This document shows, piece after piece, positions 9,635-24,370 of a stretch of 64,000 bases of DNA (its first letter is position 1; the number at the start of each line of letters is the position of its first letter). The notes under the pieces were generated by a model. The model saw nothing but the letters and a program-made list of their open reading frames with translations, was not told where the DNA came from and did no database searches. The DNA comes from an uncultured Planctomycetota bacterium. GTDB lineage: Bacteria > Planctomycetota > Planctomycetia > Isosphaerales > Isosphaeraceae. A program made the position numbers and the translations under genes. The stretch lies in the NCBI GenBank assembly GCA_963823665.1, contig CAWGMQ010000010.1:736001-800000 (forward strand). The letters run 5' to 3'.

Positions 9635-10654
9635 ATGGGCTGGACGTCTTTTGATACCACGAAGGCTTGGCTCGTGGGCAACATGAAGAGAAGGTTCGAG
9701 AGCCGGCGAGGGACCGCGGCTCGCCCCCCAGACTTGAAGTTCGTCAGTGAAGTGCTGCGCGAGCTGCTTCCCGCGAAGCAGTTCGAGGCGATCTGGAAGA
9801 GGGTCGAGGATTGGGATCGTCGCGCGCAGCCGTGCGAACTGGCGGATGATATCTTCACCTACTTGATTGTTGGCGAAGCCAAGCGCTTCGAACACATCAA
9901 GGGTATCCGAGATCGTTCCTTTGCCGAATATCAGCGGGAAGTGGCTTCACGCGGAGACGACGAGGCCTACAGACTCGCGGCGCGGCTGGTCACGGGACTT
10001 GACGAGCTTTGTCTCCCTGGGCGCGGGTGCACTGCCCCGGCGGAAGGGGCACCTGCTCCAGGCTCAGGGGCGATCGATGTGACGAACAGCCCGGGGTGGC
10101 TCGTGCAACAGCTCGAGTCGACCGCGCCGGGGTGCGAGTGGCTGCTCAGGGCGTGGGCGCAGGTTCGCGAGTGCTTGCAGGAGTCGCGTTTGTGGTGGTT
10201 CAACGAAGGCAGCTTCAGGGTAATCCGGCTGCTGGGTAAAGAGCCGCGCGACGCGCTCGAAGGGACTCTGGTCGCCGAGATCTTTCTGGCGAGCCACGCG
10301 GTCGATCGGTGCAGCAGGAACCCGTTCTCGTTGCTGCGGGGCCAAGCGAGCCTCGACGAGGTGAATGACCTGCTGCGGCGGCTAGGGCCGCGCGTGAAAT
10401 CGTCCGTCGATACAAGCGACAAAGAGCAGGGGCGCCAAACGCTGCTTGCAATCGTGGAGCAGGCGATCGCCCGGCTCCAGGCGAGAGCCAGAGAGCACGT
10501 CGAACGTGCAAGCGGCGATGAGGCGACGATCGCAGTCCAGCGCGCGTTCGATGCCTCGCCCCGGGGGCAAGACGTCGAGGAATGCAAGCGCCGCGTTAAA
10601 GAGCGCGTCAAACACACAATCGCTACAATGCGGCAGCTCGGGGGTAAAAAATGA
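9635..10654 (+). CDS. Hypothetical helical protein (LESTAPGCEWLLRAW type)
   Basis: 339-aa ORF with RBS GGAGG; its C-terminal third recurs at 14103-14454. Confidence 0.65.
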   Translation: MGWTSFDTTKAWLVGNMKRRFESRRGTAARPPDLKFVSEVLRELLPAKQFEAIWKRVEDWDRRAQPCELADDIFTYLIVGEAKRFEHIKGIRDRSFAEYQREVASRGDDEAYRLAARLVTGLDELCLPGRGCTAPAEGAPAPGSGAIDVTNSPGWLVQQLESTAPGCEWLLRAWAQVRECLQESRLWWFNEGSFRVIRLLGKEPRDALEGTLVAEIFLASHAVDRCSRNPFSLLRGQASLDEVNDLLRRLGPRVKSSVDTSDKEQGRQTLLAIVEQAIARLQARAREHVERASGDEATIAVQRAFDASPRGQDVEECKRRVKERVKHTIATMRQLGGKK

Positions 10655-10700
10655 CGCAGATGACCGGGGCAGCATTTGTTATGCGCGTGGTTCGGGTGGG
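10302..10700 (+). repeat. Direct repeat copy A (~400 bp), partner of 14103-14510
   Basis: Shared sequence from GCAGGAACCCGTTCTCG through GGGGTAAAAAATGACGCAGATGAC to TTATGCGCG. Confidence 0.9.
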
Positions 10701-10806
10701 ACATTCTTGAGATAATCCTACCGATCAGGCGCTCACCGGCTGCAAACCCCCGGCGGCGGGGGCCGTTCGCCGATCCGTCGCGCCGGGCTTCCGGGAGGCC
10801 CGCCTC

Positions 10807-13800
10807 ATGGCTGCCGTCGCCGCGGATCGAGAGCTGCTGTTCGGACTTCTGGCCCTCCAGAACGGGATCATCAACCAGGGGCAACTCCTGGCCGCCTTCC
10901 AGGCGTGGACCCTCGAGAGATCGAAGGGCCTGGCCGACCATCTCGTGGCACTCGGGCATTTAACCCCCGCGCGGCGGCCGATCGTCGAAGCGATGGCGGC
11001 ACTCCACCTGGAAGCCCACGGCGGCGATGTCGAGAAGAGCCTGGCCGCCGTCCCGTCAAACAGGGGGACCCGCGATGGGCTGGCGAGCCTCAAGGAGCCC
11101 CAGATCGAGGCGACGCTGACCCGCGTCGGCCGCATCTGCTTTGATCAAGCGACCGATCGCGACGGGCAAGACAGCAATGCCGACAGCACGGTCGGCCTCT
11201 CGCTGGGTGCTTCGACCAGCGACGGCCAGCGGTTTCGCGTGCTCCGGCCGCACGCCCGCGGCGGGCTGGGCGAGGTCTTCGTCGCGCTCGATTCCGAGCT
11301 CAATCGCGAGGTCGCGCTCAAGCACATCCTCGAGAGGCACGCCGACGATCCGTTCAGCCGCAAGCGGTTCGTCGCCGAGGCCGAGATCACCGGCAGCCTG
11401 GAACATCCCGGGGTCGTGCCCGTGTACGGGCTGGGCACGTACGCCGACGGCCGGCCCTACTACGCCATGCGGTTCATCCGCTGCGACAGTCTCAAGGAAG
11501 CGATCGGCCGCTATCACGGCGATGAAACCCTCAAGAACGATCCCGGCAAGCGCTCGCTGGCCCTGCGCAAGCTGCTGCGCCGGTTCCTGGACGTCTGCAA
11601 CGCCGTCGACTACTCGCACAGCCGCGGCGTCATCCACCGTGACATCAAGCCGGCCAACATCATCCTGGGCCAGCACGGCGAGACGCTGGTCGTCGATTGG
11701 GGGCTGGCCAAATCGGTCGGGCGGGCCGATCCGACCGTCGGCGAGCAGACGATTGCTCCGTCCTCCTCGGGCCGGTCGTCGGAGACCCTTCCCGGAAGTG
11801 TCCTGGGAACGCCGGCCTACATGAGCCCCGAGCAGGCCGCCGGCGTGCTGGAGAAGCTCGGCCCGCGGTCCGACGTCTATAGCCTGGGCGCCACGCTCTA
11901 TTGCCTTCTGACCGGCAAGCCGCCGTTCGAGAATGAAGACCTTGGCGCCATGCTCCGCGCCGTGCAGGCCGGCGATTTCGCCCGGCCGGCGGAGCGCGGC
12001 CCGGCGCCGACCGGGCGCTCGAGGCCATCTGCCTGAAGGCCATGGCGCTGGAGCCGCAGGACCGCTACCCGACCGCGCGGGCCCTGGCAGACGACCTGGA
12101 GCGGTGGATGGCCGACGAGCCGGTCTCGGCCTGGCGTGAGCCGCTCTCGCGGCGATTGCGGCGGTGGTCGCGGCGGAACCGCACGGCCGTGACCGCCGCG
12201 GTCGTGGCGTTGCTTGCGGCGCTGGCGGGCCTGGGGGCCGTGGCCGCCGTGCAGGCGAAGGCCAACGGCGAATTGTATGCGCTCACCGGCCGGCTGGAGC
12301 GAGCCAACGCCGAGTTGTTCGACGAGAAGTCCCGCGTGCAAGAGCGGTTCGACGTGGCGATGGACGCGATCCGGACCTTCCACACGGGCGTGAGCGAGGA
12401 CTTCCTGCTCAGGGAGGAGCAATTCAAGGGCCTGCGCGACAAGCTCCTGAAGTCGGCGGCCGACTTCTACGGCAAGCTGGGCGGGCTTCTGAAGCAGCAG
12501 ACCGACCTCGCGTCGCGGCGGGCACTGGCGCAGGCCGAGTTCGAGCTGGCCGAGCTGACGGCGAAGGTCGGCGACTCGAAGCAGGCGCTGGATCGGCACC
12601 GCGAGGCGCTCTCGCTGCGCGAGGCGCTGGCTGCCGAGCCGCGGGCCGACGCCGAGACGCAGGCCGAGGCGGCGCGGAGCGTACTGGCGGTGGGGCGGGC
12701 AGAGCGCGTCATCGGCAAGACGACCGAGGCCGAGGCATCCTTCCGGTCGGCCCACGAGCGGCTGGCAAAACTCGTGGAGGCAGATCCCGGAGCCGATGAC
12801 CACCGCGCCGAGCTGGCATCGGTTGTGTGGCACCTGGGATCCTTGTTGAGGGATAACGGGCGGTATCCCGAGGCGCTGGCCTGGCTGGAGCGATCGCGCA
12901 ACGCGCGGGAGGCGCTTGCCGCGGCCGAGCCCTCAAATGCGCTCCGGCAGCTCGAGCTGGCAAGAAGCCTCCGCATCCTGGCCGATACGTTGGGCGGGCT
13001 CGGTCGGATGTCGGAATCGCTGGAATCCGGCCGTCGCGCCGTGGCGATCCTCGAGCGGCTGGTCGCGGCCGACCCTGCCGCGACCGAAACTCGCTTCGAG
13101 CTGTGTGCGAGCCAGTACACCGTGGGACAGCGACTGGGCATTGTGGGGCAGACCGCGGCGGCGCTGGAAACGTACGGGCGCATGCGAGAGAACGCGCGCC
13201 GCCTGGTGGAGGACAACCCTGCGGTCGCCTCGTTCCAGTATGCCCTGGCGAGGGCCTATCACGGCACCGGAAACTACCTCCACTCGGCCGGCCGGGAGGC
13301 GGAGGCCGTGGAGGCGCTCGGTCACGCGCTGGAGGTGTTTCGGAAGCTCGTCCGCGACCACCCGTCGGTCTATGATTATTGCCGGCGTCTGGCCGATATG
13401 TACGCCAACGTCGGCGAGTCCCTGGCCAACTTGGGCCGGCCGGTCGAGGGGCTGGAGTCGGCCCGCGAGGGCCTCAAGGTCGCACGCGAGCTGTTGGCCT
13501 CAAACCCGGAGATGACCAACTCCCGCTACTGTCTGGGCCACGCCCTCAATGGGGTGGGGCGGGCCGAGGCGCGGCTGGGCCGCCGCGCCGAGGCGGCGGC
13601 TACGTTCCGCGAGGCGATCGGAATCTATGAGGCCATCCCCGAGCCGGTGCGTAGTGCGGTCGTCCGCTACAACCTGGCATGCAGCCATTCCCAGCTCTCG
13701 GGCGTGCTGGCCGGTTCAAGCGCCGAGGGCGACGCGCTGCGCGGGCCGAGGCCGACCGGGCGATGGCGTCCCTGCGCGACGCAGTCGCCCACGGCTACCG

Positions 13801-13912
13801 TAACCTGCCCGGCCTGCGGACCGACCCCGACCTCAACGTTATCCGCCCCCGGCCCGACTTCCAGCTCCTGCTCCTTGACCTGTCCTTCCCCACCCAGCCG
13901 TTCGCGCCCTGA
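10807..13912 (+). CDS. Ser/Thr protein kinase with TPR repeats (probable indels at ~12005 and ~13740)
   Basis: N-terminus AADRELLFGLLALQNG; ARGGLGEV, VALK, HRDIKPAN, DWGLAK, GTPAYMSPEQ, DVYSLG. Shifted frames give DRALEAICLKAMA and the tail DPDLNVIRPRPDFQLLLLDLSFPTQPFAP*. Confidence 0.9.
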
Positions 13913-14102
13913 GCGGCAAGCCCGGAGTTTGTGGATCGGCCGATTCTCATGGCGAGCATTTTCGATGCACACCGCGGGCCGTCGGCCCCGATCCGTTCGC
14001 CGCTGGGATCCGACGCCTCGTCCGTCGACCCCGCACGCCGTTCCCAAGCGAATACCGCCCTCAGGCCTCGGTCGAAAAGGACAGGCATCGCCCCGTTGAC
14101 AC

Positions 14103-14510
14103 GGATCGCCTGGGCAGGAACCCGTTCTCGGCGCTTCGGGGCAGAGTGAGCCTTGACGAGGTGAATGACTTGCTTCTGCGGCTGGGCCCGCGCGTGAAAT
14201 CGTCGGTCGAGACCCGCGATGAGGAGGAGCGGCGTCAAACGCTGCTTGCAATCGTGGAGCAAACGATCGTCCGGCTCCAGGCGAGAGCTAGAGAGCACGT
14301 CGAACGCGCGAACGGCGATGAGGCGAGGATCGCAGTTGGGCGAGCGTTCGATGCGTCGCCCCGGGGGCAAGACTTCGAGCAATACAAGCGCCGCGTTAAA
14401 GAACGCATCAAACTCACGATCGCTACAATGCGGAAGTTCGGGGGTAAAAAATGACGCAGATGACGCAGATGACGCAGGTCAGCATCTCTTATGCGCGGGA
14501 TTCGGGGGGC
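14103..14510 (+). pseudogene. Direct repeat copy B: 3' fragment of the 9635..10654 gene
   Basis: SLDEVNDLLLRLGPRVKSSV...IATMRKFGGKK versus SLDEVNDLLRRLGPRVKSSV...IATMRQLGGKK. Confidence 0.85.
14451..14477 (+). repeat. Tandem 9-mer ATGACGCAG x3
   Basis: Read directly; about 1.5 copies at the equivalent site 10651-10664. Confidence 0.85.
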
Positions 14511-14671
14511 GGGGTAAGGTTGGACCGTTGTGATTCGCTCGCGCTCGCCAGACAATAGAACGGAGGCAGGAACCGCGTTTCGACCGATCGCGATGGCGGC
14601 GAGACGGTCTTCCGTGAATGACGGTGCGAGCACGCGCGGTACAGGGGCCGCGCCGACAGGTCCAGACCCGT

Positions 14672-16971
14672 ATGTCCAATCGCCGCATCTTCGTCAGCGC
14701 CACAAATCGAGAACCTCGCGAGTTATCGTGACCTTGCGAGCAAGTCGCTTCGCAAGCGCGGTTATGACGTGGATGACCAGGCTGTATTCAGTCTGAGCTT
14801 TCTCCAGCTCATCCAGATGCTCGAGCAGCGAATTGAGCGGTGCGACGCGGTCGTTTGCCTGGTTGGTTTCGCCTACGGCGGCGAGCCATCAAATCGCCCG
14901 CCCGATCAACCCCGCCGCTCCTACGCCCAGTGGGAGTACCACCTCGCCCGCGAGCTTGATAAGCCCGTCTACCTTCTCATGGGCACAGGAGAACACGACG
15001 TTTGACGAGCCAAAGCCAAACATCACGCCAGAAAGCGGCGAGCTGCTCCAGCTCCAGCGTGACCATCGCGTCGAGCTTACTCGCGATCGCGACTGGCGCC
15101 CGTTCAACGGCGCCGATCAACTCCGCGCCGAGCTCGCCGAGCTTCGTTTCCCCTGGCCAGATTCGCCAGTCGCACACCAGCCCAACAATCTGCCGCTGGC
15201 CTCGATCGGCAAGCTTTTCAAAGGCCGCGACTCGTTCCTCGACGAGCTGCGCGAAAGGCTAGGAGTCGCCGGAGCCTCAGCCACAGCAATCGTGAACCGG
15301 CTGGCTGTTCACGGCCTGGGTGGTGTCGGCAAGACCCGCGCCGCGGTCGAATTTGCCTGGCGACATGCCGATGACTAAACCGCCTTGCTCTTCGTCTCGG
15401 CCCAGTCTCAGGCCGAGCTCCGGTCCAACCTGGCCAATCTTGTCGGTGTATTGGGGATGACCGGCGGCGAGACATCGGTCGAGAATCAATCGACCGCCAT
15501 CCTGGAGTGGCTCGATGCCCACCCCGGCTGGCTGCTGATCATCGACAACGTAGACACCGAAGAGGCGGCCCAGGCGGTCGAGGACCTGCTGACCAAACTC
15601 CGGTCCGGCCACACATTGATCACATCTCGAATCGGCAACTGGGGTGCCGGCGTCGAGCCGCTCGATCTGGACATCCTGGCCCGGTCCGACGCCGTGGCCT
15701 TCTTGATCGAGCGGACCCCGCACCGTCGCAGGACGAAGGACGATGGGACCATCGCCGCCGAGCTCGCCCGCGAGCTGGACGGCCTGGCCCTGATGCTGGA
15801 GCAGGCCGGCGCTAACATCGACAAGCTGCGCCTGTCATTCGCCGAGTATTTGGACCAATGGAAGGCGAAGCGCTCCGAAGTGCTCCGCTGGCACGACCCG
15901 CGCCTCATGAAGTATCCCGCCGGCGTGGCCGTTACCTGGGAAACCACGTTCGCCCAGTTGACAGATCGCGAGCGGCGGTTGCTCGACGTCCTCTCCTGGC
16001 TGGCCCCCGACCCGATCCCGCTCTTCCTGTTCGATGCCAAGCCACTCGTCGACGCCATCCCAGATATCCGCACGGCGCTGGCCGCCCTGGCAGGCTACTC
16101 GCTGGCGCGCTTCGACGCCTCGGGCAACGCGGTTCTGGTCCACTGCCTCGTGCAAGAGATCACCCGCGGCCGCATACCCGCGGCCGACCGAATCACCACG
16201 CTCCAGCTCTCCCTCGACGCAGTAAACGATGTCGCCGTGGGCAATCCTCAGGATTTCCGTACATGGCGGGTCTGGAAACCCCTGGCAGCCCACGGCGAGG
16301 CCGTGAGCCGGTATGGCGACACCGCGGGCCTCGCCAACCCCACCGCGTGGCTGATGGGCCAACTCGCTGGGTACTGGCTCTACTGCGGAGTGTACCGCCA
16401 GGCCGAGCCGCTGATGCGGCGAGCGCTGTCGATCGACGAGGCAAGCTTTGGCCCGGACCACCCCGACGTGGCCAGAGACCTCAACAATCTGGCGCAATTG
16501 CTGCAAGCCGCCAACCGCCTGTCCGAGGCCGAGCCGCTGATGCGTCGAGCGCTATCGATCGACGAGGCAAGCTTTGGCCCGGACCACCCCGACGTGGCCA
16601 GAGACCTCAACAACCTGGCGTCGTTGCTGCAAGCCACCAACCGCCTCTCCGAGGCCGAGCCACTGATGCGTCGCGCGCTTTCGATCGACGAGGCAAGCTA
16701 TGGCCCGGACCACCCCGATGTGGCCATCGACTTCAACAACCTGGCGCGACTGCTGCAAGCCACCAACCGCCCGTCCGAGGCCGAGCCCCTCTTCCGCCGC
16801 GCCGCCCAGATCCTGACCGATTTCACGCAGAAGACCCGCCACGAACATCCAAACCTTCAAGCTGTCATCAACAATTACCGTGCCTTCTTGGACGAGCAAG
16901 GACAGACGCCGGAACAAATCGATCAAGCCTTGGGCGAGCTGACCAGCTCACCCGACGCGAACGACTCCTGA
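14672..16971 (+). pseudogene. DUF4062 (TIR-like)-NB-ARC-TPR protein; 2 indels plus an in-frame TAA at 15376-15378
   Basis: MSNRRIFVSAT..., CDAVVCLVGFAYG, SYAQWEYHLA, PNNLP..FKGR, HGLGGVGKT, LLIIDNVD, GLALMLEQAG, then 42-aa TPR repeats. Confidence 0.8.
16402..16800 (+). repeat. Three near-identical 126-nt (42-aa) TPR-coding tandem repeats
   Basis: AEPLMRRALSIDEAS(F/Y)GPDHPDVAxDxNNLAxLLQAxNRxSE, repeated at a 126-nt period. Confidence 0.95.
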
Positions 16972-17088
16972 CACCGTCAAGCTTTCCACCCGTTTTCACA
17001 CGGAAGAATGAATCGCCCATCCCCGGGTCTTTCCCGCGTTCAGCACGCCAGACGACGCTCCTGAAATGACACTCGACACGGATCGCGA

Positions 17089-17428
17089 CGCCGTGACCAC
17101 GGTCGTGAGACCGTGGTTCAGACGGGGAACCCCCAGCCTCGCACGTCACTGCGACCGCGCTCGAAGATCGGGCTTACGCCCGAGGCTGGAGGACCTTCGT
17201 CCCGTACGAACCACGCACTGACGTGCGTTGTCACATGTTTTTTGCTCAACGCGTCGCTCGCGCCAGCGCGTAACGTGCCGGTGCACCGCTCGTCGGGTGC
17301 CCGCTTCCCGCAGTGGAACACCGCGCCGTGACCACGGTCGTGAGGCCTTGGTTCAGACGGGGAACCTCCAACATCGCGCGTGAGTGCGACCGTCGCGGCG
17401 AGTCTGGCTCACGCCCAAGACTGAAGGC
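17089..17428 (+). repeat. Two diverged ~100-bp intergenic repeats, each beginning with a GTGA-tetraloop hairpin
   Basis: CGCCGTGACCACGGTCGTGAGACCGTGGTTCAGACGGGGAACC at 17089 and CGCCGTGACCACGGTCGTGAGGCCTTGGTTCAGACGGGGAACC at 17324. Confidence 0.85.
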
Positions 17429-17559
17429 TCCCGAAGTCGAGCCGTCGTGACCTGCAAAGTCCAGCCGTGTCGTCATCGACACCAGAAGTCGCGTCCTGTA
17501 AAACGATGACAAGACGCAACCACCGATCGAATTCAAACGCAGGACGGAGGCCCCCCACC

Positions 17560-18625
17560 ATGACGCTCGACCCCAGAGGCTCCGGAGTTCAGCAGCAAGC
17601 ATCACTCAGCCGGCGGCAGGCACTGGCGTCAACCCTGGGCGCCACGGCGCTGGCCGCGTGGCCGGGCGCTTTCATCCGCCACGGCCGCGCACACAGAAGG
17701 GACCTTCGCGCCTGACCCGCTCAAAGCTTCGCCCAAGAGTTACCGGAACAGGAAATCGATCAATTTGTGGGCGTTTCCGTTTCCGGGGAGGATGAGCCTT
17801 CGCGAATGCTTGCAGCTTGCCAAGGACGCCGGATTCGAAGGAATCGAGCTCAACTACGACATGGAAACCGAGCTTTCGCCCAAGTCGGGTGCATCCGAGT
17901 TTCAAGCCGTACGCAAGATGGCCGAGGAAATCGGCATCGCGATTAGCGGCCTGTGCTCCTTCCTCTACTGGCCCTATTCGCTCACCGACAACGACGCCGC
18001 CCGCCGCGCTCGGGCGCTCGAGCTGGCGACGCTCATGCTCGACGCTGCGCACGAGCTGGGAACGGAGAACCTGCTGACGATCGCGGGCTCAACGTATATT
18101 CCCTGGCTGCCCGATCGCGAGCCGGTTCCGATCGGCGTCTGCGCCCAGCGGGCGCGCGAATCGATTGGCAAGCTCTTGCCCAGGGCCGAGAAGCTAGGCG
18201 TCTATCTGAACATCGAGAACATCGTGTTTAACGGCTACTTGACGACTCCCGACGAGTTGAACGCGTTCGTCGACAGTTTTGCCAGCAAGCACGTCCGGGT
18301 GCATTTTGACACAGGGAACGTGATGCTCTTTCAGTTTCCCGAACACTGGATTCCCATTCTGGGAGGGCGAATTCGGAACGTGCACTTCAAGGAGTTCTCG
18401 AAGAAGGGCACCGACCATACGCTCGAGTCGTTCCGGACGTTGCTCGACGGCACCACGAACTGGCCCGCGGTGATGGATGCGCTCGAAGCTGCCGGCTACG
18501 AGGGATATGTGACCTTCGAGTATTTTCACCCCTTTCTCCATTATCCCGAGGCGCTCGTCGAGCAGAGCTCGGATGCGCTTGATCGGATTCTCGGGCGCAA
18601 GCTTGCGCCAGGGTCCTCGGCTGAC
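17560..18625 (+). CDS. Tat-exported sugar phosphate isomerase/epimerase (xylose-isomerase-like TIM barrel); indel near the N-terminus, 3' end uncertain
   Basis: RBS GGAGG, SRRQAL Tat motif, AKDAGFEGIEL, LNIENI, FDTGN, VHFKE, GYEGYVTFE. Confidence 0.8.
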
Positions 18626-18632
18626 GAATGGC

Positions 18633-19435
18633 TCAGGAAGACGGTTGCCGCGAAGAGAGTTTCTCCAGCAGCCATGCGAGAAACAGCTCCACGGCCGCCG
18701 GATCGGCGAGCTCGTATCGCGCCTGCGTTGCGCCTCATGGCCGACCTTGATCGTCACGCCTTCAGGCAGGCTGGCGAAGGCGTCCTCGTCGGTGCGGTCG
18801 TCGCCGACGAAGAACACGAGTCGATGATCAGGATCCTCAAGGTGCGAGGCGACCCAATTGACTGCTCTGCCTTTGTGCCAGAAGACACGCGGACGGATCT
18901 CCCAGACCCGCCGGCCGGGCAGGACGACAAAGCGAGCGGCCTGGCTCGCAACGACCTCGCGAACGACGTGCGCAACGTGATCCCATCGCTCAGGAGGTGT
19001 GTTGCGGTAGTGCACGCTAGCTGTGGGGCCCTTGTTTTCGACGAGAACACCGGGCACCTCCGACAAGAGTTCTTCGACGCGCAGGGCCAGCTCCCCCAGC
19101 GGTTCTATCGCTGCGCTGCCCGTCGGTTCTTCAAAGCTGAGACCGCGGCCGCAGATTTCCAGTCCGTGGTTGCCGGAATAAATGAGCTGCGGCAGGGCGA
19201 CCCGGCTGCGAGCGTCGGCGATGCTGCGTCCGCTCGCGATCATCACATCCACACGAGGCAAGCGACTCAGCTCGTCCAGAAGCGTACGCACTGTTTCGGC
19301 GAGGACGGCGTCGCCGGGGTGCGGGCGGATTGGCGTCAACGTGCCGTCGAAATCGAGTGCCAGGAGGATACTTCCGGCCCGATCGATCCGGCGGCCGATC
19401 TCCGGCAGTGATTCCATCAAGTTGGGTCGAGTCAT
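18633..19435 (-). CDS. otsB: Trehalose-6-phosphate phosphatase (HAD family); probable indel at ~18730
   Basis: LDFDGTL, SGR, GNHGLE, VENKG..SVHYR, EIRP..HKG, GDDRTDEDAF. Corrected tail ARYELADPAAVELFL...* ends at 18633. Confidence 0.9.
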
Positions 19436-19474
19436 CCGTGTTCAGAATCCTCCGCGAAATCCGTCCGACGATCT

Positions 19475-22841
<3,367 letters not shown>

Positions 22842-22866
22842 GGCGGTTGTTCCGGCATCCTCCGTG

Positions 22867-24099
<1,233 letters not shown>

Positions 24100-24370
24100 G
24101 GTGTGCTCCCTGGCGTGCAAGAGGAATGTTCTTCACGCAGTTTAGCCGTCAAAAAGCCTTCAGACAACCGGGAATGCCTGATCGGTATTTTCGGCGCATG
24201 GGTGTGACCCATAGTGAACTGGTCTTGCAGGACTATAAGATAGAGGCCACTTCGCGCCTTGGGGAGCTTCGGTGGCTGACGAGAAAGTCGTTGACGACAA
24301 GGCTGTGCTCATTGCACTGGTGCACGAGGGCGGGTTGCATCGGGCGATACAACGAAGAGGGTTCAACGCG

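Noticed and set aside
13913..14099. C-terminal extension of kinase ORF 12042..14099
   Set aside because: Artefact of the indel at ~13740; the family-typical end FPTQPFAP* is at 13912.
16402..16800. Diversity-generating retroelement template/variable repeat pair
   Set aside because: The repeats are tandem in-frame TPR units, the differences are not adenine-specific, and no reverse transcriptase is present.
17089..17428. Possible CRISPR array
   Set aside because: Only two copies, a 235-nt period, similarity extending ~100 nt, and no cas genes.
18626..19411. Long C-terminal extension of the epimerase ORF (548 aa) and of otsB (to 18194), suggesting a large antisense overlap
   Set aside because: Both extensions are read-through into the opposite gene. 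The epimerase fold ends near DRILGRK, and otsB has a sensible corrected stop at 18633.
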